Part shown: positions 19,150 to 28,730 of the stretch, piece by piece
How positions within the stretch are numbered: the stretch's first letter is position 1
How the letters are laid out: every line of letters begins with the position of its first letter
NCBI GenBank assembly: GCA_046290225.1
Contig: JBKAGE010000034.1
Location: 384,001 to 448,000 of the forward strand
DNA from: Bradymonadia bacterium
GTDB lineage: Bacteria; Myxococcota_A; Bradymonadia; UBA7976; UBA1532
Direction of reading: 5' to 3'
DNA length: 64,000 nt
The notes under the pieces: model-generated
Databases searched by the model: none
Seen by the model: the letters and a program-made list of their open reading frames with translations, nothing else
What the model was told of the DNA's origin: nothing
Position numbers and translations under genes: made by a program

Positions 19150-20085
19150 TCACCCGGCAAGCTCGGGGCCTCCGGCGCCGCCGCCGGCACAGTGGTAGAG
19201 CACCGCCATGCGCACAGCCAGCCCGTTGGCCACCTGGTCCAAGATGATCGACTGGTGGCCGTCGGCCACCTCGGGGGCGATTTCCACCCCGCGGTTGATG
19301 GGCCCGGGGTGCATGACCCAACAGCCGGGCCGCGCCCGCTTGAGGGCTGCGAGGTCGAGACCATACCGCTGGCTGTACTCCCGATCGCTGGGAAACAGCT
19401 CCTCGTCGAGGCGCTCCTTCTGGATGCGCAGCATCATGATCACGTGGGCGCCATCGATGGCCTCGTCTCGATCGAAGGTGGCCGTGCAGCCGAGCTGCTC
19501 CACGCCGATGGGCACCATGGTGGGCGGTCCGCACACCACCACCTCGGCGCCGAGCTTGCTCAAAGCCGAGATGCCCGAGCGCGCCACCCGGCTATGGGCG
19601 ATGTCGCCGATGATGGCCACCTTGTGGCCCTCGAAACTCTGCAACCGCTGCTTGATCGTAAGGCAGTCGAGCAGCCCCTGGGTGGGATGCTCGTGGGCGC
19701 CGTCCCCCGCGTTGACGATGGCGGCGTGCGTATGCTCTGCGAGCAACAGCGGTGCCCCGGCCTGCCGGTGACGCATGACGATGATGTCGGGGGCCAGGGC
19801 GTTGAGCGTACGGGCGGTGTCGACGAGGGTCTCCCCCTTCACCAGGCTGCTCGATCCCCCCGAGATGTTCATCGTGTCGGCGCTGAGACGTTTGGCGGCG
19901 AGTTCGAATGACGTGCGGGTCCGGGTCGATGCTTCGAGGAAGAGGTTGATCACCGTCTTGCCCCGCAGCGTGGGCACCTTCTTGATGGCCCGCTGGCTCA
20001 CCTCGCCAAAGGCCTCGGCGAGGCTGAGTAGGTGCCTGATCTCGTCGGCGCTCAGAGAGGCGAGGTCGATCAGATGTCGCCGCAT
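19150..20085 (-). CDS. pyrB: Aspartate carbamoyltransferase catalytic subunit
   Basis: [38 protein letters not shown]. Confidence 0.98.
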   Translation of the reverse strand: MRRHLIDLASLSADEIRHLLSLAEAFGEVSQRAIKKVPTLRGKTVINLFLEASTRTRTSFELAAKRLSADTMNISGGSSSLVKGETLVDTARTLNALAPDIIVMRHRQAGAPLLLAEHTHAAIVNAGDGAHEHPTQGLLDCLTIKQRLQSFEGHKVAIIGDIAHSRVARSGISALSKLGAEVVVCGPPTMVPIGVEQLGCTATFDRDEAIDGAHVIMMLRIQKERLDEELFPSDREYSQRYGLDLAALKRARPGCWVMHPGPINRGVEIAPEVADGHQSIILDQVANGLAVRMAVLYHCAGGGAGGPELAG

Positions 20086-20086
20086 G

Positions 20087-20674
20087 TCAGGCCTCCTGGC
20101 GCTCGGGCCACTTGTGCAACAGCACCTCGTCGGTGCCGTCGATCTCGGCGAGCTTCACCTGGATCGACTCGTCTCGCGCCGTGTCGACGGCGAGGCCAGT
20201 GTAGTCCGCAGCCACGGGCAACTCACGGTGGCCGCGATCGACGAGGACCGCGAGCTGGATCCGCCGGGGCCGGCCCCAGTCCATGAGGGCGTCCAGGGCA
20301 GCCTTCACCGTGCGGCCAGTGTAGAGCACATCGTCGACGAGCACGATTTGCCGATCACCGACCTCGAAGGGCAGATGAGTGGGCCCCACCTCGGGGGTGG
20401 CCAGGCCCGTGAACACGTCATCGCGATAGAGCGTGATGTCGAGCTCGCCCACGGGGACCTCGACGCCCTCCTGCTGTTGCAGCAGCTTTTGCAGGCGGTT
20501 GGCGAGGGGCACGCCACGGGTGCGCACGCCCACGAGGGCCACGTCTTCCACGCCATGGTTCTGTTCGATGATCTCGAAGGTGAGCCGCTGCAGCGCCCGG
20601 CGCAGGGCCACGGGATCGAGGATCACCCGCGATCGTGCCTCGCCGATGAGGGGCAGCTGATCACGATCAGACAT
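20087..20674 (-). CDS. pyrR: Bifunctional pyr regulator / uracil phosphoribosyltransferase
   Basis: [29 protein letters not shown]. Start at MSDRDQ overlaps the lepB end. Confidence 0.95.
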   Translation of the reverse strand: MSDRDQLPLIGEARSRVILDPVALRRALQRLTFEIIEQNHGVEDVALVGVRTRGVPLANRLQKLLQQQEGVEVPVGELDITLYRDDVFTGLATPEVGPTHLPFEVGDRQIVLVDDVLYTGRTVKAALDALMDWGRPRRIQLAVLVDRGHRELPVAADYTGLAVDTARDESIQVKLAEIDGTDEVLLHKWPERQEA

Positions 20675-21776
20675 CGTCGGCATCCTCGTGCACGAGGTGA
20701 CCCAGGCGGTGCCACCTGATCTTGTTCCAGAACTCGCCCCAGTCAGCGGTGCGATCCCAGCTGAGCCAGATGAACAAAGCCCGGCCCTTGATGTTGGCCA
20801 TCGGCACCAACCCCCAGACCCGGGAGTCGCTGGAGTTGTCGCGGTTGTCACCCATGACCATCACGTGGCCCTCGGGGATCTTCCAGGGGAACGAAGGCAA
20901 GCGGGCGCCGGCCTGCACAGTGTCTTCTGGCTGATGGCAGACGTTCTTGGGTACCTCGGCGGGCCAGAGGTTCCAGTCGTAGGGCTCCTGGTTGGCCCGA
21001 CGCCCGACGAGCTGCTCTTCGTCTTTGAAGGAGGTCCGGTGCAGGGTGGTGAGGGCCCAGTCCCCCATCACGCTGCGGTAGGCGTGGGTGGGGTTGCCGA
21101 ACATCTGCTCTTTGGCCGTCTCGTCGGGGGTGGCGAAGGCGGGGTATGCCTCAAAAGGCCCCTGGCTGTCTTCCATCACGGGCTTGTCGTTCACCACGAG
21201 GCTGCCAGGGATGAAGAACGGCCCACGGGGGCCGGTGATGTCCACCACGTCACCGGGCACGGCCACCACCCGCTTGATGAAGTCCTGGGGCGGGTTGCAC
21301 GGATACGAGAACACGATCACGTCGCCCTTGCTGGGCTGATCCCACTCCACAAGCAGCTTGTTGGTGAAGGGCACCCGCATGCCGTACGACAGCTTGTTCA
21401 CGAAGAGGAAGTCACCCACGGCGAGGGTGGGGATCATCGAGCCTGAAGGGATCGTGAAGGCCTCGATGATGAAGGCTCGCAGGATCAAGGCGATGACGAT
21501 GGCCAGACCGATGGACTCGGCATACTCGCGGGTCTGGCTCTTGCCCACCCCGGCCATGTGATCTTCCACGGCCTTGTCGAGGGCCTTGAGGGCATCCCAG
21601 ATGGCCTTGACGCTCTCGCCCTCCACCGCAGTCTGGAGTGTGTCTGCGGCCCCTTTGACCTCTGCCCGGCGAGCAGGATCGATGGTGTGACCGTACTTCT
21701 TGAGGCGAGCACGGATCTCTTTGAGGGCGGGGGCGGCGCGCTTGCGCGCTTTCTTCAGGTTCGCGGTATCGGACAC
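20667..21776 (-). CDS. lepB: Signal peptidase I
   Basis: IPSGSMIPT, DFIKRVV, MGDNRDNSSDSR; directly after lepA. Confidence 0.96.
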   Translation of the reverse strand: MSDTANLKKARKRAAPALKEIRARLKKYGHTIDPARRAEVKGAADTLQTAVEGESVKAIWDALKALDKAVEDHMAGVGKSQTREYAESIGLAIVIALILRAFIIEAFTIPSGSMIPTLAVGDFLFVNKLSYGMRVPFTNKLLVEWDQPSKGDVIVFSYPCNPPQDFIKRVVAVPGDVVDITGPRGPFFIPGSLVVNDKPVMEDSQGPFEAYPAFATPDETAKEQMFGNPTHAYRSVMGDWALTTLHRTSFKDEEQLVGRRANQEPYDWNLWPAEVPKNVCHQPEDTVQAGARLPSFPWKIPEGHVMVMGDNRDNSSDSRVWGLVPMANIKGRALFIWLSWDRTADWGEFWNKIRWHRLGHLVHEDADDV

Positions 21777-21783
21777 GCTGTTG

Positions 21784-23580
21784 TCAATCCGTCTTCAAGA
21801 CCGCCAAGAATGCCTCTTGGGGGATCTCGACGTTGCCCACCTGCTTCATCCGCTTCTTACCCGCCTTCTGCTTCTCGAGCAGCTTGCGCTTGCGGCTGAT
21901 GTCGCCACCGTAGCACTTGGCGGTGACGTCTTTTCGCAGGGCCCGGACGGTCTCCCGGGAGATGATCTTGTTGCCGATGGCCGCCTGAATGGCCACCTCG
22001 TACTGCTGACGATCGATGACCTTGCGCAAACGCTCGCACAGGCCCTTGCCACGCTCGTAAGCCCGATCGCGGTGCACGATGATCGAGAGCGCGTCGACAT
22101 TGTCGCCGTTCACCTTCACATCGAGCTTCACGAGGTTCGAGGCCCGATAACCGGACATGGCATATTCCAAGCTGGCGTACCCCTTCGACACGCTCTTGAG
22201 GCGGTCGAAGAAGTCGAAGACCACCTCGGCGAGGGGCAACTCGTAGGTGATGAGCATGCGCCGGGTGCCTGAGTAGCCGAGCTCCTTCTGCATGCCCCGG
22301 CGCTCCTCGCACAACTTGAGCACCGGCCCGCAGTATTCGGTGGGCACGTGGATCGTCGCCGTGATGTACGGCTCTCTGATCTCACCGATGTGCTGCACCT
22401 CGGGCAGGTGGGCGGGGTTGTCGATGCGCAGCTCTTCACCTTCGGTGGTGGTGACCTCGTACACCACCGTAGGTGCGGTGGTGATGAGATCCATGTTGAA
22501 CTCGCGCTCGAGGCGCTCCTGCACGATCTCGAGGTGCAGCAGCCCGAGGAAGCCACACCGAAAGCCGAAGCCCAGGGCGGCGGAGTTCTCCATCTCGAAG
22601 GAGAAGGCGGCGTCGTTGAGGCGCAGCTTCTCGAGGGCCTCGCGGAGCATCTCGTAATCTGAAGAGATCACGGGGAACAACCCGGAGAACACCATGGGGT
22701 TCACCTCTTTGAACCCCGAGAGCGGCTCCAGCTCGTGCTTGAGCGCGGCGTCGACGATGGTGTCACCGACCTTGGCGTGGCGCACCTCTTTGATATTGGC
22801 CACCACGAAGCCCACGTCGCCGGCCACCATCTCCTTGAGGGAGACGGCGCCGGGGGTGAAGGCGCCAACCTCGAGCACGTCGTAGGTCTGGTTGGTGGCC
22901 TTCATGTGGATCTTGGAGCCCTTCTTCATGCACCCGTCAACGACGCGGACGAGCATGATCACCCCCCGGTAGTTGTCGTACCAGGAGTCGAAGATGAGGG
23001 CCCGCAGGGGCTTCTCGTCATTGTCGTCGGGCGGTGGGATCCACTCGACGATGGCCTCGAGGACCTCTTCGACGTTGAGCCCCGTCTTGGCGCTGATGGC
23101 CACAGCGTTGCTGGTGTCGAGGCCGATGACGTCCTCGATCTCCTCGCTCACCCGCTCCACGTCGGCGGCGGGCAGGTCAACCTTGTTGAGCACCGGCACC
23201 AGCTCGAGATCCTGATCGAGGGCCAGGTACACGTTGGCCAGCGTCTGGGCTTCGACCCCCTGAGAGGCGTCCACCACGAGCAGCGCGCCCTCACAGGCGG
23301 CGAGGCTGCGGGAGACCTCATAGGTGAAGTCCACGTGTCCAGGGGTATCGATCAAGTTGAAGGCGTATGTCTCGCCGTCCCGAGCGGTGTAGTTGAGGCG
23401 CACCGCCTGGGCCTTGATCGTGATGCCACGCTCCCGTTCGAGGTCCATGGAATCGAGCAATTGCTCACGCTCTTCTCGAGCGCTCACCGAGCCGGTGAGG
23501 CTGAGGATGCGGTCGGCCAGGGTGGACTTCCCGTGGTCGATGTGAGCAATGATCGCGAAATTACGTACTTTTTTGGCCAT
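21784..23580 (-). CDS. lepA: Elongation factor 4
   Basis: [38 protein letters not shown]. Start at MAKKV (23580). Confidence 0.99.
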   Translation of the reverse strand: MAKKVRNFAIIAHIDHGKSTLADRILSLTGSVSAREEREQLLDSMDLERERGITIKAQAVRLNYTARDGETYAFNLIDTPGHVDFTYEVSRSLAACEGALLVVDASQGVEAQTLANVYLALDQDLELVPVLNKVDLPAADVERVSEEIEDVIGLDTSNAVAISAKTGLNVEEVLEAIVEWIPPPDDNDEKPLRALIFDSWYDNYRGVIMLVRVVDGCMKKGSKIHMKATNQTYDVLEVGAFTPGAVSLKEMVAGDVGFVVANIKEVRHAKVGDTIVDAALKHELEPLSGFKEVNPMVFSGLFPVISSDYEMLREALEKLRLNDAAFSFEMENSAALGFGFRCGFLGLLHLEIVQERLEREFNMDLITTAPTVVYEVTTTEGEELRIDNPAHLPEVQHIGEIREPYITATIHVPTEYCGPVLKLCEERRGMQKELGYSGTRRMLITYELPLAEVVFDFFDRLKSVSKGYASLEYAMSGYRASNLVKLDVKVNGDNVDALSIIVHRDRAYERGKGLCERLRKVIDRQQYEVAIQAAIGNKIISRETVRALRKDVTAKCYGGDISRKRKLLEKQKAGKKRMKQVGNVEIPQEAFLAVLKTD

Positions 23581-23613
23581 ATGGCGGGGTGCTTTCCAGC
23601 CCGATTTCCGGGC

Positions 23614-23641
23614 ATTATAGATGGGAGGCGTCACTTTTCAA
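23614..23641 (-). promoter_or_regulatory. Sigma70 promoter for the lepA operon, TTGAAA-N16-TATAAT, with a GC-rich discriminator
   Basis: Perfect -10 and near-consensus -35 about 35-60 nt upstream of lepA. Confidence 0.7.
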
Positions 23642-23735
23642 GAGAGGGTCTGGCTTGACTCGAAGTCGCTTCTGTCCGATGGATCGTTCAACAGGGTGTT
23701 TCGACACCCCAGATCGAAGGCTTTCGGAGCAACCG

Positions 23736-24305
23736 ATGCACACACGTCTCTGGATGATGACCGGCCTCCTCGCCGGGGCGCTCACCGCCTGCGGCGGCGG
23801 GCAGAAGACCACCACCGATGACGGGGCGGCGAAGAGCACCGACAACAACGAGGGGCTCTCCCGGACCGAGTACGACATCAACGGAGACAAGGTCCCCGAC
23901 GCCTGGAAGTACTTCAAGGTGGTCGAGGGCACCGACGTGCTCGTCCGCAAAGAGTTCGACATCAACTTCGACGGCACGGTGGACATCTGGCGCCATTACA
24001 ACCCCGAGGGCAAACGGGTCCGCGACGAGATGGACATGGACTTCGACGGCAAGGTCGACGTCACTTCCTTCTACGAGGCGGGCAAGGTGGTCCGCAAAGA
24101 GGTGGACCTGGAGTTCGACCAGCAAGCGGATCTGTTCAAGTACTTCGACAACGGGGTGCTGGTCCGCATCGAGCGCGATTCCGACAATGATCGTCGCATC
24201 GACTACTGGGAGATCTACAAGAACGGTCGCCTCGAGAAGACCGGCATCGACGAAGACGGCGACGGCAACCCGGATCCCGACAAGTGGACCGTGGCCGAGG
24301 AGTGA
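23736..24305 (+). CDS. Lipoprotein with tandem DxN/DxDG (EF-hand-like) beta-repeats
   Basis: GGAG RBS, lipobox LTAC, about six units such as KEFDINFDGTVDIW. Confidence 0.85.
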   Translation: MHTRLWMMTGLLAGALTACGGGQKTTTDDGAAKSTDNNEGLSRTEYDINGDKVPDAWKYFKVVEGTDVLVRKEFDINFDGTVDIWRHYNPEGKRVRDEMDMDFDGKVDVTSFYEAGKVVRKEVDLEFDQQADLFKYFDNGVLVRIERDSDNDRRIDYWEIYKNGRLEKTGIDEDGDGNPDPDKWTVAEE

Positions 24306-24342
24306 TCCCCGCCTGACGATACCCCGCTTCGCTGCGCCCCCT

Positions 24343-25518
24343 CTACAGACGGGTGATGAACCCCCCATCAGCGGCCTGCGTCTTCTTCTTGTAGCGCCGC
24401 TGGAAAATCTTCGCTGCATCCTTGGTGTCGAACTTGCCGATCCGCACCCGGTAGTACCGCCCTTTTCCGGGGATGTCGGCGAGCACGATCCACGGCCGGA
24501 ACCCCGACTTCTTGAGATCTGAGACGAAGGCGTCGGCCTCCACTCGATCCTTGGTGGCCTTCACCTGCAATGTGTACCGACGCGTCCTGGTCGCGGGCTT
24601 CGGCGTCTCCTTGGCAGTCTTCGACGGCTCGGCCTTCTTGAGTTCGGCCTGTTTGGGCTCGGCCTGCTTCGCTTCAGGCATCTCAGCCTTGGGCGTGTCT
24701 GCCCTGGCCTGCAGTGTGTCCGGCGTTTGAGTCTCAGCCTTCTGGCTTTCTGCCTTCGGGGACTGTGGCTTTGACGTCGTGTCATTCTCAGAGGCACCCG
24801 CCCCTTCACGCTTCACGGGCGGCTTGAGGGCAGGGAGAGCATCGCGAGGAGGCACCTGTAGAGCAGCCACCGCGGCGGGCGCTTCCACCGCCTTGGGCTT
24901 CTGCTCGCCCTTACGGGGCTCAGACGCCTTCGTCCGGCTCGCCGATGGAGGAGGTGGCAAAGGCACCACCGCCACCTTTGGCGTGCCTACCGCAGGCACA
25001 GGCTCGGTCTTCTTCACTGCCGGCGACGGGCTGGGGCTCTTCTTCGGTGCTGGGGCATCTTCCATGGCAGGCACCGCCGCGATGGGGATCGCCGACTTCG
25101 CGGGGACAACGCGCTTTTCGGGCCGCGGCGTCTTCAACGCAGCGAGAGCAGGTGTCGGCTGTCGCTTCACGTCATCCGTCGTGACCACCAACTCGGGCAG
25201 CCTGACTTTCGGCGCCATGGCCTTCGGGGTGCCCTCCCCCTTGTCGTGCAAAGTGGAGGGAAAATGAAACTCCACCTCACCGAGAGGAGGCTCGGGTGAT
25301 TCAGTCTTCGAGGCTGGGGGTGGCGCCACGGCGGTGACCATCTCGGGGGCCGGCTCAGAGCCCTTGCCCACCATGTAGCCCGCGGCGAAGGTGCCCCCGA
25401 GCACCCCAGCGGCCACCAGGATCACCAGGGCCACCTGAGGGGTGTCCAAGCGCACCTCGATCTTCTCTTTGACCCGTTCGAAGTCTCTCACGGTGTCGCT
25501 CCACACAGCACGGTTCAA
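24343..25518 (-). CDS. SPOR-domain membrane protein (FtsN/DedD-like)
   Basis: N-terminal TM helix, Pro/Ala/Lys linker, C-terminal YTLQV...YYRVRIGKF. Confidence 0.88.
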   Translation of the reverse strand: MNRAVWSDTVRDFERVKEKIEVRLDTPQVALVILVAAGVLGGTFAAGYMVGKGSEPAPEMVTAVAPPPASKTESPEPPLGEVEFHFPSTLHDKGEGTPKAMAPKVRLPELVVTTDDVKRQPTPALAALKTPRPEKRVVPAKSAIPIAAVPAMEDAPAPKKSPSPSPAVKKTEPVPAVGTPKVAVVPLPPPPSASRTKASEPRKGEQKPKAVEAPAAVAALQVPPRDALPALKPPVKREGAGASENDTTSKPQSPKAESQKAETQTPDTLQARADTPKAEMPEAKQAEPKQAELKKAEPSKTAKETPKPATRTRRYTLQVKATKDRVEADAFVSDLKKSGFRPWIVLADIPGKGRYYRVRIGKFDTKDAAKIFQRRYKKKTQAADGGFITRL

Positions 25519-25528
25519 AGGATCGAGG

Positions 25529-26659
25529 TTACTCGGCGGGTGCGCGAGCGTCCAACTTCGCCGAGCCGCCGTACCAACGGCGGATCACCTCTTCAGCGGG
25601 CTTCCCTCGGGGCGTGTAGTCACCACACGTGGGGCCGCCAAGGCCGAACCAGTTCCAGAAGAACACTCCACCGAGGGCCTTCTGACCTTGCCAGGCCTTG
25701 ACGAAGGCCTCATAGGCCATGCGCTGCTCGGCATGATCCAGCGGGCCGTCCAGAGTGTAGTTCCAGGGCCACTTGGCGCCCCCGTCCTGACTCGGGTAGC
25801 CCACCTCGGTGATGACGAGAGGCTTGCCGACCCGACTCTGCCAGGCGAGGAGCTGATCTCTGATCTTCACCCAGGCGGCGTCCAGGGTGGCCTGATCTGC
25901 GTCGTTGCGATCGGTGAGTTCGTGATAGGCAGTCATGCCCACGTAGTCCACCTGATCCCAAAAGGTCACGTAGGCGTAGTGATCCCAGTTCGCCGAATAC
26001 AGCAGCTTGCCCTTGAAGCGCCCCTTCACCCCAGCGATCAGTTTGAGCCAGCGGGGGCGGTCATGCTCCATGGCACCGAGCTCCGAGCCCACGCTGAAGG
26101 CCTCGACGCCCAGCTCCGCAGCCATATCGGCGTAGTGCCAGATGAAACGCTCGTAGCTGGCCCACCACGCGTCGAGATCTGTGGGCCGCAGCGTGCCGCG
26201 CCAGTCACCGATGGCCCGTTGCTCCACCCACACAATGGGGAACAACATGACCTTGAGTCCGCGCTGCTGGGCATAACGCACGAGGGATCTCACCTCGGCG
26301 TCTTTTTGCGTATGCACGTCGTGGGGAAAAATGCGCTCGCTGGCCACGTCATCCTGGCTCCACTGCACCACCATCGACAGGTGGGTGGCGCCGGTGGTGG
26401 CGAGATCGTCGATGAGGGGCCGAAAGACGATGCCCTTGTTGGGATACTCCCGGTGGGGCGTGAAGGCGATGCCGGCCATATGAGGGGCCCCGTGGGCCAC
26501 CTGCCTGCCCTGGGTCGGCTGTTTTTTCGCGGGTTCGGGCTCCGGCACATCGCCGCCTATCCCCCGAAGCACGACGTTCTGGGCGGCCGCCTGACTGCCG
26601 AGCAGAAGGCACAGCGATGCGATGAGGGGCTGAAGGAGGCTAGAGAGTGAGGGTCTCAC
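25529..26659 (-). CDS. Secreted glycoside hydrolase, GH113-like TIM barrel
   Basis: Signal peptide ending AAA-Q; WRG, VGSEL, YSANWD, FWDQVD, ITEVGY. Start approximate. Confidence 0.8.
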   Translation of the reverse strand: MRPSLSSLLQPLIASLCLLLGSQAAAQNVVLRGIGGDVPEPEPAKKQPTQGRQVAHGAPHMAGIAFTPHREYPNKGIVFRPLIDDLATTGATHLSMVVQWSQDDVASERIFPHDVHTQKDAEVRSLVRYAQQRGLKVMLFPIVWVEQRAIGDWRGTLRPTDLDAWWASYERFIWHYADMAAELGVEAFSVGSELGAMEHDRPRWLKLIAGVKGRFKGKLLYSANWDHYAYVTFWDQVDYVGMTAYHELTDRNDADQATLDAAWVKIRDQLLAWQSRVGKPLVITEVGYPSQDGGAKWPWNYTLDGPLDHAEQRMAYEAFVKAWQGQKALGGVFFWNWFGLGGPTCGDYTPRGKPAEEVIRRWYGGSAKLDARAPAE

Positions 26660-27497
26660 CTTCACGGGCCATATCCACGGTGAGGGCGCGCTCGGCGCTG
26701 GTCCAAGCCCGGGCCTCGGCGAGGCGGGCGTCGAGGAAGGCGTCGTCGTGGGCAGGATCGTGATGGAAGAAGTACAGCCGCCGTACGCCAGCGGCCCGAG
26801 CCACCCGAACCGCCTCTTCGTATGTCGAGTGGCCCCAACCGCGGCGGTCGGCGAGGTATTCCTCTTCAGTGAAGGTGGCGTCGTAGATGAGGATGTCGGC
26901 ATCCCTGGCGAGGCCCACGACAGCCTCGTCGGGCCCGGAGGCATCAGGATCGTGCTCGGTGTCGGTGCAGAAGACCAGGCTTCGATCCTTGTGGTCCACT
27001 CTGAGCCCCAAACATCCGCCGGGATGATTGAGCCCGGCTGTGCGCACGGTGACCTCACCCAACTGCACGACATCGCCAGGCTGCAGCCCTTCGAAGGTCT
27101 TCTCGCTGCGCATGACCGAGAGCGGCACAGGGAAGTTGGGGTTGACCATCTGGCGCTCGAGGACCGCCTTCACCGACCGCTCACCGTCATCGTGCTGACC
27201 GTAAATGGTCAGCTGATTGCCCGGCACGAAGGCGGGGGTGAAGAACGGGAACCCCTGAATATGGTCCCAGTGCAGGTGGGTGAAGAAGAGGTGGGCCTCC
27301 ACGAGACCCCCCTCGCGCATCAGCTTGGCGCCCAACCCTCGAATGCCTGTACCGGCATCGAAGATGAGCAGCTGACCGCCCGCACGGATCTCCAAACAGG
27401 GGGTGTTGCCCCCGTAACGGACCGTGGACGCGCCCGGGGTGGCGATGCTGCCCCGGACCCCCCAGAATGTGGCCTCGATGGCCGGTGTGTGCGACAT
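26640..27497 (-). CDS. MBL-fold metallo-hydrolase (RNase Z / cyclic-nucleotide phosphodiesterase-like)
   Basis: FWGVRGS, YGGNTPC, DAGTG, THLHWDHIQG, GWGHS, HHDP. Confidence 0.92.
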   Translation of the reverse strand: MSHTPAIEATFWGVRGSIATPGASTVRYGGNTPCLEIRAGGQLLIFDAGTGIRGLGAKLMREGGLVEAHLFFTHLHWDHIQGFPFFTPAFVPGNQLTIYGQHDDGERSVKAVLERQMVNPNFPVPLSVMRSEKTFEGLQPGDVVQLGEVTVRTAGLNHPGGCLGLRVDHKDRSLVFCTDTEHDPDASGPDEAVVGLARDADILIYDATFTEEEYLADRRGWGHSTYEEAVRVARAAGVRRLYFFHHDPAHDDAFLDARLAEARAWTSAERALTVDMAREGETLTL

Positions 27498-27561
27498 GGC
27501 GCCAGAGTATAGTCTGCGGACGGCGCCGTCGACAAACGCTGCGCTGTGGGAGGAGTTTTTG

Positions 27562-28722
27562 ATGTTGAATCGGGCCACGCCATCGCCCCATCGCCAGCGG
27601 CAGGCTCACCGCTGGTCTGCCATCGCGCTCTGCGTGCTCGCCGCGAGCGCGGCCCACGGCAGGCCGCCGGTCATCGATGTACACGTGCATACGGATCCCA
27701 GCCGCTTCGCCATCGCCCTCGACATCCTCGGGGCCAATGGGGTCAGCCGCTTCGTCAACCTCTCTGGAGGCCCCGCAGGCTCCGCTGAGCTCGCGCGATC
27801 GCTCGACGCAGCCCGTGACCACGAAGGGCGAGTGAAGATCTGCGCCAACGTGGACTGGAGTCGTCTGGAGTCGCCCAACTTCGGCGAGATGCAGGCGCAG
27901 CGACTCACCGAGGCTGCGAGCGCGGGGGCCGCCTGCCTCAAGATCTCCAAGGCTTTGGGGCTCTTCGTCGCTGATCCCACTGCGCCAGGGAAGCTGCTGG
28001 CGGTGGACGATCCCCGTCTGGACCCCATCTGGGCCGCTGCGGGCCGCCTGGGCCTGCCGGTCATGTGGCACACCGGTGATCCAAAGGCTTTCTTTGCGCC
28101 GGCCACCCCCTCGAACGAGCGCTGGGCCGAGCTGAAGGTGCACCCCACCTGGTCATTCGCTGATCCGAAGTACCCCCGGCGCGAAGCCCTGCTCGCCGCT
28201 CGGGATCGCGTGCTCGCACGACACCGGAAGACCACCTTCGTGGGGGTGCACTTCGCCAACAACTCCGAAGATTTGGACTATGTGGCCCAGGCCCTCACCG
28301 ATCACCCCAACCTGTACGTAGATGTGGCCGCCCGGCTGCCGGAGATCGGCCGCCACCCACCAGCGAAGGTCAAGGCCCTCTTCGAGCGCTTCGCAGATCG
28401 GATCCTGTTCGGCACCGATCTGGGCCTGGGCCGCGGCATCATGTTGGGCAGCACAGGCACCAACAGGCCCACGATGCCCGACATCGACCTGTTCTATCAC
28501 GACCACTATCGATGGTTTGAGACCGCCACTCGCCAGATACCCCACCCCACCCCGATCCAGGGAGACTGGCGCATTGACGGCGTTGCCCTCCCCTCGGCGG
28601 TACTTCACAAGGTGTACTACCTCAACGCCATGAAATTGTTCTGGAAGTCAGGCCCGTCTCAAGCGATGGACGAAGCCTTCATCGAGGCAGCCCCGGACTA
28701 CGCTGAGCTGCACAGTTTCTGA
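27562..28722 (+). CDS. Amidohydrolase-family protein with a probable signal peptide
   Basis: GGAGGAG RBS; IDVHVH, WHTGDP, GVHF, LFGTD. Confidence 0.88.
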   Translation: MLNRATPSPHRQRQAHRWSAIALCVLAASAAHGRPPVIDVHVHTDPSRFAIALDILGANGVSRFVNLSGGPAGSAELARSLDAARDHEGRVKICANVDWSRLESPNFGEMQAQRLTEAASAGAACLKISKALGLFVADPTAPGKLLAVDDPRLDPIWAAAGRLGLPVMWHTGDPKAFFAPATPSNERWAELKVHPTWSFADPKYPRREALLAARDRVLARHRKTTFVGVHFANNSEDLDYVAQALTDHPNLYVDVAARLPEIGRHPPAKVKALFERFADRILFGTDLGLGRGIMLGSTGTNRPTMPDIDLFYHDHYRWFETATRQIPHPTPIQGDWRIDGVALPSAVLHKVYYLNAMKLFWKSGPSQAMDEAFIEAAPDYAELHSF

Positions 28723-28730
28723 GGCAGGAC

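Noticed and set aside
19131..19364. N-terminal extensions in the ORF track for pyrC, and likewise pyrR, hutI, hutU, rel, moaD-moaE and the glycosyltransferase
   Set aside because: They overlap neighbouring genes or promoter regions; downstream starts with an RBS or stop/start coupling fit better.
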